Assembly: GCA_965240325.2 (NCBI GenBank)
Contig: OZ251223.1
Location: 4,154,001-4,218,000 of the forward strand
DNA length: 64,000 bases
Origin: Rebecca billardiae RCC1528
Lineage: Eukaryota; Protista; Haptophyta
Reading direction: 5' to 3'
Part shown: piece after piece, positions 32,998 through 44,148 of the stretch
Layout of the letters: each line of letters opens with the position of its first letter
Position numbering within the stretch: the stretch's first letter is position 1
Made by a program: the position numbers and the translations under genes
Notes under the pieces: model-generated
Databases searched by the model: none
Told to the model about the DNA's origin: nothing
What the model saw: only the letters and a program-made list of their open reading frames with translations

Positions 32998-33057
32998 GAC
33001 TTATTCGTCGTCATCGATGCTGAGTCACATTGATCTGACTTGTGACAGCATAGAGAC

Positions 33058-33060
<3 letters not shown>

Positions 33061-33088
<28 letters not shown>
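33061..33088 (+). repeat. (GA)14 microsatellite
   Basis: Read directly from the sequence. Confidence 0.95.
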
Positions 33089-33093
<5 letters not shown>

Positions 33094-33796
33094 CGCGCAG
33101 TCCGGTACGGCTCGGTCGCCCCCCCCCCGGCCCCCGGAGGCAGAGTTTTGCGCGCCAGAATCAGGGGTGTCCAGCGGAAGCGTCCCCCACCACGCTCCAA
33201 GTCCAAGTCTAGCCATCGTGCGGGTTGATGACGCAACAGCGGCGAGAGCTAGAGGGCATTGCATGAGGGGCGACGCGGCGAGGACACGGATGATGTAGTC
33301 GCGCCGCCGAACGATATCAGGCGGGGAGCCAGGCCCGACACAGAGCATGACACGGACAGCCAGCGACCTTAATCCTTATACCGAGCAGAGGGGCTGCCGG
33401 GACCCGCCGGTGCACCTCCGCCGTGGAGAGGAGTAGTGCACCTCGGAGCCGATCCGACTGCAGGCGATCCCACTGCCCAGCTCGGCGGCGCCTTCGTCGC
33501 AAGCAGCCCATGCGCCCCACGAGCCGGAAGCTCAAGCTTCGCCCCGATCGCTTGGCCTCGATGAGCGAGCAGTAACGAACCGAGTCCTGCAGGTGCGCCG
33601 CTGCGGGCCGGATTGGCAGCACCCGGGGCACCAGGACTCCTGCCGCCTGCGCGCGGCGGTGCGCGCAGGACAACGCTGGATGCCATGCGAGCCGGATTCT
33701 TGATTTCTTGGCGTTGCTCATAGACATAGACACGCGGGGTTCTCGGAGGGATAGTTATAGATACACTCAATAACCGGCCACATATACCGTCATATA

Positions 33797-34308
33797 CAGG
33801 CAATCGCGGGCAATAAGAAGTCAGAGATCTCACGCGGCTAGCCTCGGTTTCTTAGCCGTTCGGTAGCCCGAGCGCCTACGGCTTCTCAGTTTCTTAGCTA
33901 GGTCCGCCCGCCGCGCAGGCGCGGGGGGCGCAGGGGGGCAGAGCCCCCCGCTGAGTCTTTAGGCCCGGCCGGCGCGAGGCCGACGGAAATTTTGGGCCTT
34001 TTTGGAGCAAATCTGGCCTGATGTTGCATGGATGCTGCGGTGCACTGGCCAGGAGTCAGTCATCAGGAGAAGTCGGGACTTGGCCTGTACTCGTAGTCGG
34101 GCCGCGCGCCGCGTCCCCGACGGGCCGACTGCGCCTCGCCCCTCGGCGGACCACTCGTCAGCCGGGACGACGTAGTCGGACCGGTTTCTTAGTGTGACTA
34201 TGCGTATAGCGAACCAGCCAATCGCTAGCCTCAGTTTCTAGGCCAGATCCGCAGATAGCAAGCCCCAGTTTCTTAACGTGACAGCTCCTTATTGCCCGCG
34301 ATTGCCTG
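33797..34308. mobile_element. 512-bp Tc1/mariner(pogo)-type MITE
   Basis: 21-bp TIR CAGGCAATCGCGGGCAATAAG / CTTATTGCCCGCGATTGCCTG, with TA on both sides (33795-33796 and 34309-34310). It has five internal GTTTCT(T)A motifs and a GGGGGGCAGAGCCCCCC hairpin. No transposase ORF. Confidence 0.85.
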
Positions 34309-34874
34309 TAATCATGCGTCTGGCTAACTGTCTTCGTCTAGGGACGTCTGAATATGCCGGCCGGCCACGGCGTCGCGCGCGCCGAGGCGCCCTGACTCAG
34401 CCTGAGGCGGTGGCGGGCGGCGCGCTGCCGCGCTGCTGGCTGATGAATGGCTCGGGCTCACAGCGGCCCGCATCAGGCAATGCCGCGCGCTGCGCCGCGC
34501 GCCGGTCAGCCGGCCGACCACGGACCCGCCATCACGGGCAGTTCAAAGTGAGTTACGCAGCGTCAGACCGACGTACTTCGGGCCGGTGACCGTGACGTCG
34601 GACTGCCTCGTGTCGTCGGGCTGATGATGATCGTCACGTTGAGGCTCGCCTGCCGTGGAGTTCACTTGGCAGCGGCACTCAGAGCCATGCAGCCACAGGC
34701 CGCACTAGTGAGTGCCACGCAGGTTGGACATCATGCAGCAGTCTCCGGCTTACAGATTACAAGTCGTACGTAGTGACTGCGCGATTCCAATAAACTTCGC
34801 ATATTCTTGCTTCATGCTGCTCACAAGTCACGATGCCCAGTCCAGGCGGGTGTTCGGCCTTGCTGGTCACTTGG

Positions 34875-37071
34875 TCAGTTGGTGATCCACGCGGATTCAA
34901 GGGCGCTGAGTGAGGCCAGAATGCTGCCCCCGATGAACGTGGAGTACTTGCGCTCGGGCGGAGCAAGCTGCAACGCCGCGCGCGCGGCGATCAGCATGAG
35001 GGCAGAGGATGGAGAGAGGGCTTTGTGAGCATGGTTACGTCAGGCGCAGTTGCAACGCCGAACGCGGGCGCGCGCGTGTCATCGGAGCGCGGGCGCGCAC
35101 GATGTTGACCGACATCCCTGCTGGCGCCAGTTTGTCCATCTCTTTCTTGAGTCGCTCCGAGAGCTGATCGAACATCATGTTGGTACCTGCGAGCACGACT
35201 GACTGGAGCAGGTCCGGGCGGACGTCAGCGTCGCACTTCATGATGGCCTCCATCGCGAGCTCGTGGATCCCGTGCTGGTCGAGGCCGATGAGATCCGGCT
35301 GGAACAGCGCCTCAGGCGCCTTGAAGAGCTCTGCGCCGAGGGTGATAACTTTGCCGCCCGGCAGCTCGTAGTTCTTCTGCTTGATCTCGGTGGAAGGGCT
35401 GCTGGACCGAGTAGAGACATACCCGGCACGCTCCGCCTGGGCCAAACACTCGGAGGACATCGGCTCGGATGGCTCCTCGCCGGAATCCAGCGACACGTAC
35501 GCCAGCGTCTTGAGGATGTCCTCGACGGTTCCACGCGCGCTATTGGCCGACAGCTCGTAGAGGCCAAGCCCGACAAACAGCCCGACCATGCGCATGTAGA
35601 TCTCGTTGCCGCCCATCTCGAGCCGCTGGACCGCATGCGAGAGGACGTAGCCCTCGTAGACCGGCACCACGTGCGTCACGCCCTCGTCCGATTCGATCAC
35701 GAGCCCCGTCGTCTGCTGCGACGCGTAGAGGGCGAGCATCGCGTCCGTCAGCACGTACACTCCTGGGGCATTGCATTCCCCCAGCACGGTGGCCACCATC
35801 TTCGCCTGCTGGTCCTTGGGGTTGAGCGGCGGCTCGCTGAGAAGCACGTTGTGCTCCTCAGGGGCGGTGCACAGCTGGTTGTAGAACGTGTAGCGGTAGA
35901 GCTTCTTCATGTCCTCCCAGTTCGTCACGAAGCCGCGCGTGATCGGGTATGTGAGCATGAGCTGGCTGACCAGGGGCGCCACCTCGTCCCCCACCAGCGT
36001 CTGCGAGTCCGGGCCGGCGCCCCGCGCCCTGCCAACAACGGCGGGGAAGGTGCGGCGCGGTGCGTCGTCGCCGGCAAAGCCTGCTTGAATCATGCCCGAG
36101 AACGCCGCGATCACGATGGGCGTGTCGGCATCCGACTGCAGCGCGCGGCGGTGCGGCTCGTTGGTGCTGCCGTTGGCGGCTGCAGCCGCGCGCGGCGCAG
36201 CCAAGTGGCTGAGGCAGTGAGGGATGCCCTGGGATGCCTTGAGCATCTCGATTTGCACGTCCGTCACGATTGCCGACGCCTCGGCCCCCTTCAGAAGGTG
36301 CGAGCGGAGAGCGCGCGCATCTGCGGGCCACCCGTGTGAGGGTGGGTATGCGTGCGGACCTGCCGCAGCCTGGGCCAAAATGTCGAGCATGGCGGCACGC
36401 AGCGCGGCGCCAGTGCGCTCGCCACCGTGGAGGGGCAGCGAGATGCGTGGCGCCATCGCCTCCGCCTCGAGGGGTACCAGGCGCCGCTGCGCCGCGCTGC
36501 GCACACGCGTCTCGTAGCACTGCAGCAGCGGCGCATCCGTCGCGTCACCCGCCTCGTGCGTCCAACCCGCCGCGAGCACGACGAGGGGCGCGTGAGGCTG
36601 GTCGGCGATGGCGCGGAACTTGAAGAGCTGCTCGCAGTCGGCGCCCTCCTCCGCGTGGACGAGAACGTCGCACGTCGACGCGTGCACCTTCCACCGCGCC
36701 GCGCAGCGGTCCTCAATCTGCTCCGCGACGGTGACGAGCGTGTGCCCGACCACCGCCTCGAGCGCACGGCACTCGTTCTCCGGGTTGAGACGGGAGGGCA
36801 TGTCGAACGGAGCAAGTGGGACCTCCGAGGGGAGCAGCAGGTCGCGCGCTGTCTTCTCCGCGTGCGACCCCGTGATGCACACGTGGTGCGGCGTGTGCAG
36901 CGGCAGCTCGAGCAGGAGCTCGCGGAGCGGCGCGCCGTTCAGGGCGAGGGTCTCGGGGGCGGCATGATAACCGGCGTGTTCGTTGACGAGGGCGGCGACG
37001 AGGAGCGCCAGCCCGATCACCGTGGCCAACAGCCCACCTCGCGCCAGGGCGCTGGTGCCGCCGCGCAACAT
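34875..37071 (-). CDS. Actin-fold protein fused to an N-terminal signal/TM segment and an unknown ~290-aa domain; exons 37071-35101, 34967-34875 (687 aa)
   Basis: Actin signatures [58 protein letters not shown] and IMKCD. Intron 34968-35100 (GTGCGC..TGCAG) restores VNI|[21 protein letters not shown]. The N-terminus is [29 protein letters not shown]. Confidence 0.85.
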
Positions 37072-37322
37072 CCTGCGAGTGAACCGGGGAGTGTCGCCGA
37101 GACCGAGACCGAGACCGGCGGGTTGCGTTGCGCGCGCGCGGGGCCCGGGCGTGATAGCACGGCGAACCAATTTGGGGAATCGAACATTCGTTGTGCGAGA
37201 ACGCTCAACGCCCAATGGCAAGCGCAGACGGCTCATCTCGAATCTCGTCATGACAACGGCAAGTCGGGCACAAAAACCTTCCTGAGGTATACAATTAATC
37301 AACCCATGCAATCAGTCAGGCG

Positions 37323-38976
37323 GAGGCCACTTCACCGAAATCCAGGCTGGGGAGGCTAAACGCTGCACTGCTCAGGGGCGTTGCGCTAGCTGGACAAACG
37401 CCTTCCGGTCTTTTCAGATCTGCGCTTTTCAAAACGAAATGTTCTGCGCTCTGTCCAACGGCAAAGCGCGGCGGATGGCGGCTTCGCCGCCGCATGGGCG
37501 GGCGATGGCCGTTGCCCGCATAAAACGTGCGTCGGAGGCACGGAAGCGGGCAGATGGCGCGTCGCACGCGTCGTGGAACTCGGTCGCGACGCTCGCCAGC
37601 CTCAGCGCGCGCGGCGAAGCCACGTCCATGGGCGCCCAGCGTGCAGGCGGCACGGTCACGCCGCTCGGCCGCAGCGACCGGCCTCGCACGCGTCCTTGCC
37701 GCGCGAAAGGGCATCCCAGCTGCGGTCATTCGACTTGTGCGTCAGGAGCAGCGTGCCAGCTAGCCGACGCGCACGCGCCGCGAGCTGCACGGCGTGCGCA
37801 AACGTAGCCCGCCGAGCGTGCGCCGATGCGGCACAGCGGGAGAGGGCCCCGATCCGAAGGCGACTCTCGTCAGAGGCCCTCCGTAGCTTCGTGATCTACG
37901 AAGCTAGCGTCCTCGCGTTTGTCCAGCTGGCGCAACGCTCCGGTGGGGAGGCTAACAGCCTCCCCGCTCTCCCAGCGTGGGGAGGCTAGCGCTCCGCCGC
38001 TCCGGTCTTTCGCCGCTGACAAAACTTTAGAAAACGAAAGTCGCGCCACGGCGGACCCGGTGTTCCCGCGCGGCGGCGAAAGGGGCGCGGGGCCGGTGGC
38101 TCGCGATCCGAAGGGCAGTAGCTCGCGACCTCGCTTGGGCGGCGGCAGTGGCGCTGTGGCCCGGCGTGCACCATCCGCGCGGCTGTGCGCGATCGCGCGG
38201 TCCCGTTCGTCGCCACGCCGCGCGCGACCGTTCACGCCACAGCCTTTCTGCACTGGCATGCACCCCTTGCAAGCGCATGACGGCGGAGAGCTCAGAGAGC
38301 CCGTCACGCGCGTGACGACCGTGTGAGATGGGTTGTGCCGATGTGAACGCTGCCTTCGTAGGCTTTCTGATGAGCCCATCCAACGTTCAGACCATTCCTA
38401 ACTGCTGCAAGATGAGTCATCGCCTGCCGCGCGGCCATGGAGTTGTGGACAGTACAGCAGCCATTCATGATCCTCATGCCCGCCTCATGGGCCGGCGCGT
38501 GCCTCCCTGACCATGGAGACAAGCTGTACAACCCATCCCACACGGTCGTCACGCGCGTGACGGGCTCTCTGAGCTCTCCGCCGTCATGCGCTTGCAAGGG
38601 GTGCATGCCAGTGCGGAAAGGCTGTGGCGTGAACGGTCGCGCGCGGCGTGGCGACGAACGGGACCGCGCGATCGCGCACAGCCGCGCGGATGGTGCACGC
38701 CGGGCCACAGCGCCACTGCCGCCGCCCAAGCGAGGTCGCGAGCTACTGCCCTTCGGATCGCGAGCCACCGGCCCCGCGCCCCTTTCGCCGCCGCGCGGGA
38801 ACACCGGGTCCGCCGTGGCGCGACTTTCGTTTTCTAAAGTTTTGTCAGCGGCGAAAGACCGGAGCGGCGGAGCGCTAGCCTCCCCACGCTGGGAGAGCGG
38901 GGAGGCTGTTAGCCTCCCCACCCTGGACCAGTGCAGCGTTTAGCCTCCCCAGCCTGGATTTCGGTGAAGTGGCCTC
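37323..38976. mobile_element. Foldback DNA element with GAG...CTC termini, AGGCG 5-bp flanking direct repeat and long inverted arms
   Basis: 37323-37370 is the reverse complement of 38929-38976. 37942-38336 is the reverse complement of 38528-38922 (395 bp, few mismatches). AGGCG occurs at 37318-37322 and 38977-38981. Confidence 0.85.
37375..37941. mobile_element. MITE nested in the left arm of the 37323-38976 element
   Basis: 27-bp TIR GGGGCGTTGCGCTAGCTGGACAAACGC versus reverse complement GGAGCGTTGCGCCAGCTGGACAAACGC (2 mismatches). The segment is absent from the right arm. Confidence 0.8.
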
Positions 38977-39447
38977 AGGCGTCGTAGGTGCAGCGCTCGC
39001 CAATGGGAAGCGTGGCGGCCCAAATTTTAGAGGGTACGGCCGGGCGGGTGCGGGTAGAAGCAGATTATATGCTGCTCGGCACCATGCGGCGCGAGCTGGG
39101 CATGCGCTGCCTGCGTGGCCAGGCCAAGATGCTCATCGCCCGCGCGCGCATGGCGCACGTGCGCCCGGGGGCACGCGCCCGCGGGGGCGCTGCATACGAC
39201 GACTACTTCGAGACGACGGCTGACGACGCGTGGCACCGCGACCACCGCGGTGGCGCGTGCGCGTCGACGCCAGACGCCGACGGTGCGTCGAGCTTCCGCT
39301 CGGCGATGGAGTGATGGGCGACTATGAGGGGGGGGACGACGGCGAGGAGCGCTGATCCTGGTGTTTGTCTCTGCTGCTCGATCTGCTGCTACAGCTTGCT
39401 GACTCTGACGCCTGCCCGTTGCATACCACGTCGTTAATATAATTCTG
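38977..39447 (+). mobile_element. Probable 3' remnant of a non-LTR retrotransposon (CRE/REL-endonuclease-type ORF C-terminus plus 3' tail)
   Basis: The peptide DYMLLGTMRRELGMRCLRGQAKMLIAR resembles the terminal helix of REL-type LINE ORFs (recognised from memory, not searched). The tail CCACGTCGTTAATATA is shared with 42362-42406 and 42835-42850. Confidence 0.45.
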
Positions 39448-42361
39448 GTGAACACAGCTTTAAACAATTTTAATTCGTGACAAAGCCCTGGGAGACCCAG
39501 CTCCGACCCCCTTTAATTGTGTGTCCAATACTGCTGAGCAAAGTAATACCGGAGTAGGAATACGAACAATGGGGCCTCAAACGTTTTTTGATTAGGCACG
39601 CCTCGGGAATCGAGAACGCATGTCGTTACCTTTTTGAGCGCGCACCATAGGGATGTCGTTGCGATTCCCACCTATTTGTTGACGCGTTCTCGACCATCCG
39701 CTCCCCAGTCGAGCAGAACCGCGACGCACAAGTGCTTTCGCCGCCGCGCCGCGTGCGCTCGGCACACACGATTGAATATGACGAACGAGCGCGCTGCTGC
39801 AGGAGGCGAAGGCCGCGCGCGACACGCAGAATGGCGCTAAGCCGGCGTGGCTCGACTCGCACACACGTGCGCGACCGAGGAACAGCTCCGCGGCGGCCTC
39901 CGCCGCCAACCCAGCGCCGGATGCCATCGTCGGCGTCGCGAGGAACTGCGCCGATCTGGCGGAGATCCAGCGGCACGTGGCGGCGATCAAGCAGCCGCGA
40001 CCGCATCAGATGACGTGCACGAACGGCCTCATGGAGAAGCTCGTACCTCAAGCCTACCATAAGCCACCCGCTCGCCGACTTGCCCGACTGACTACTAGTA
40101 CTACTACTCTCGCCCCGCTTAGGCTCGTCATCAACAGGCGCGGCCTTCGAGCCGTCACCCGCGCCGCCCGCGGCTCGCGGCGCCATCGCGGACCGGCGTG
40201 CCCGCCGGCGCGAGCTGCACAACACAACATGCACACCGACGCGAGCCGCTCGTACCACGTCGTGCCCGACGGGCCGTGCTCAGCGACGGCTTAGCAGGAG
40301 TCTACGCCGTGCAGTCGCTGTCGCCGGTTGTGCCCTGCCGGCCTGCGCCGCTCGCCCCGCGCCTACAGCCAGTGGGCCATCCGCGGTGCGTGCCGTTGCC
40401 GTGCCGTCGTGCCCGAGCGGCCGTGCGCAGCGACGACCGCATCGACGCGCGCCTCGCCATGCGCCTCGGTGGGCCTTGCAGAAGTGCCGCGCTGCCGCGC
40501 CTGGCTTAATGGCACGCGCGACCGTGATGCGTTATGCGGCGCGCCACCGGATGATACTTGATAGCTATATACCGTCAGTCAGCGCTGAACGGCCAACTCG
40601 TCCCATCGTCGTCGGGTCTGCCGGCCCTGGGAAGCTTCTCCGTCGCGTCCTACACGCGCTGTGTTCGACCAGCCCCACCGGGACAAGGCCGCAAGGCCCC
40701 CGCTGTTTCCGGAACATTGGCCGTGCGGTCGTGCCTCCCGATTGTGATTTACTTGGGTGAGCTCAGCTTTACATATGGCGGGCCGTAGGTCCGCCCCTTG
40801 TATTAATAGTGCCCGGGAAAAAGATAAGAAAAAGAAAAGAAAAAGAAAATCGCCTCGCAGAGAAAAGAAACTCGCTTCGCTCACTACCGGGCGCCCTCGC
40901 AGCTCCCACTGGGGACGCTCGGCCGAAAAAGAGTTGCGTCATGGCGCGGAGCGCATGGGCCGCGCGCGCCAAATACAACGCCGGCGCGGACATCGTGAGA
41001 GGACTCCCGAGGGGGGTTTTCGCCCGATTCGCGATTGCTGCCCTCGTCGTCTCGCGTGCAGGTCGAACGGGGGCTAAATCGATGCGTTTGGAGCGGTACG
41101 CTCGGCGCGTCGACACGATCGTGAGACCTGGGGCGATCCTCGCCCGACGTGCACGTCGAAAGCTCGCACCGGCCATAGCATCATGCGCTGCGCACGATGA
41201 CCGCCTCGCGCGATCCACCGTCGCGCGTCGGGCTCGGTGCGAGAAAGCCCTCATCACGAGGCGTCTCGCGGGCGGGAAGCGCCATCGCACGCGACGCAAG
41301 ATTTGGCGCGGCCTGCTGAACTCGATCGCCGGAATCCGCGCACCGGACTCAGTCATTGCTCGCGGTCCGGTCCCTCAGCCGAAGCCCACGTCCGGCCTGC
41401 ATGGCGTCGACGGTGACCAATGCGACGGAAGCGCAGCGCCAACGGCGTACGACGCGCAGCAGCGGACGCACCTCCCGGGTCTGTCGCCGTGGCAGCAACC
41501 GCGTCATCGCGAGTTGGCGACCCTCGCCGCAGCGCGACACAGACAAGCCCGTGATGCCATCCGCAGAGAGATGAAACGTCGAGCATGCAACATCGCCGCG
41601 CCATGGCCTCGTCCATGGCGCAGGCGCTGCGGGACGAGGCGGAAGTCGTCACGCCGGTGACGGATGCGCTGCGATTCGTGTGCTCGCGTGAGCAGCGCTT
41701 GCCCACTCTCGATCGCGAGTGGCACACGCTGTCGCTGTGCGCGCGCGCGCGCTTAACCAACAGGCACAGCTCCTCGTGCCGCCGAGCACGCGAGCGCCAG
41801 ACCTGTCGAAGATGCGAAGAGCGACGACCGCGTGAACGTCAACGCGCTCGTGCTCAGCGTGGTGGCCGTGTACGACGTCAACGCGACCTGCGCCGAGCCC
41901 ATCATGCCTGGAGCCGACATCGACAAGCATCCTCGCGACGACCGCTCTCGGCTGGCGGCAGGAGGACATGCACATGATCTACTCTGGCGGCTTCGTCGGC
42001 GGCGAGGCGCTCGATTACGCCATCGCGGTCGACATGCGGCACATACAGCGCGTACCCGCGCTCGCGCGGAGCAACGGGCTACCCGCCCCGCCCCGCGTGC
42101 TGCACATTCCCTCGTGGGTGTGGGCCTCGCTGATGCGCATACAATACTCTAAGAGTACAGTCTACAGACCGTGAAACGTGTGTACATCACGTCGGGGAGC
42201 CAACTTCACGTGTCACTGGTCCTTGCACTCGACTGTCCGTCACGGTCCACGGCCACGAGCGAATGTGGAAAGACGCGAACCCGCAAAGGATACATTGCGA
42301 CAGCACTGGCACGGCCCGCCGACCGGCGACCCCCCCGCCCGCCAGGCCCAGGGCACAGTTT

Positions 42362-42406
42362 AGAATATTAACGACGTGGTATGCAACGGGCAGGCGTCAG
42401 AGTCAG
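42362..42406 (-). repeat. Inverted copy of the 39398-39447 tail sequence
   Basis: The reverse complement reads GCTGACTCTGACGCCTGCCCGTTGCATACCACGTCGTTAATATTCT. Confidence 0.85.
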
Positions 42407-42429
42407 CTTATATATATATCATCGCCCAG

Positions 42430-42964
<535 letters not shown>

Positions 42965-43117
42965 TTAATATTATGTTGGACACATGCAACGCCACTACTA
43001 GCTACTATGGGGGTATCATACTGAAAAAAGTCGTCGTCATTCAAGATACTCTACTGATGATGATGCTGTGTGATAGGGGGGATGACAATACGGCGGGCGG
43101 TTCTTCCGGGGAATATG

Positions 43118-44120
43118 TATCCCCTTACCGCAGTTCAATCTGCTTCGTATGGATAAGCAGATTTGACGGCGGCCGCTGCGCGCGCTTTGCGGCCCACCCA
43201 CGCGCGCCTGGGCGGTGAACACGGCTTGAGAGTGCTCAGGCATGGTCTAGCTACCCTCAGACAGCCGCCAGCCTAGTACCTCCAGCTTCACCGCCTCCAC
43301 GATGGCAACGCGCGGCGGCGCCGAGCTGCCGTCGTGCTGGCTGGGCGCTCGACTGGCCCGCGACACCCGGCTGCACTCCTTGCAGCCGCTTCAAGCACGT
43401 GGGCGACCGACAAAGATGATTGTAGACAGTGTACATACTGCGCGCGTTACTCTGAGCGCGTTCGCATGACCGATCACGCTGAAAGTGCCCACCAGCCAGC
43501 CGCGCGGGACACGCTAAGGCACGGGTCGGGCTCCTTCCTTGCGGCACGCCGCACGCGGTGCGGGTGTGTACACCGAGTGCAAGTCAGGCAGGCGCTTCGC
43601 GGGAGTGGTGGCATCGCTTCTTCGCCTGTGTTGGCGTCGATCGCAGGCGCGACGCGCGTACCCCTCGCAAGTACACCCTCCTCGTGCTCAGTGTCACTCG
43701 CGCGGAGCCCACGGTGAGGGATCTTGAGCTCGAGGTGCAGCGTACGAGCCTACGGGCGCTGAGTAGCAGCCTACCGACCAGCGCACGGGTGACGACCGTC
43801 ATCCATTATGTTATGATACCCCTCCCAGCCTCACGCCGCAGCCTGACGATCACCTCCGCAGCGGTTTGAGCACCATTCCAAATCTGCTTCGTGGCATGTT
43901 CAAACGCTCGTTTGGCACTCCGTCTGGACGCCGTGGCACGGGAGAAGGGGAAGGGCGGTGGCGGCGAGGCTCGGGTCATCGATGGGTATGGTCCCAAAGA
44001 TGCCCCCAAGCGTGCGCGCGCCCGCTCGCGCCGTCTACCTGTGCGCCCAGCGCTCCCACGCCGCCGCCCACCCAAATCTGCTTCGTATAGAAGCAGACTG
44101 CGGTAAGGGCCGAGGGGATA
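43118..44120. mobile_element. ~1-kb degenerate TIR element with hairpin-containing termini
   Basis: Left end TATCCCCTTACCGCAG..TCTGCTTCGTATGGATAAGCAGATTTG. Right end CAAATCTGCTTCGTATAGAAGCAGACTGCGGTAAGGG..AGGGGATA. These form an imperfect inverted pair of ~45 bp. Confidence 0.55.
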
Positions 44121-44148
44121 GGATCGTGGGATCCCTCGTGCGTGTACC

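Noticed and set aside
37072-37311. Longer start for the actin fusion (758-aa ORF) and its unspliced C-terminus at 35035
   Set aside because: The upstream 80 codons look non-coding. ATG 37071 places the hydrophobic segment at the N-terminus, and splicing at 35100 restores the actin sequence. The upstream ATGs cannot be fully excluded.
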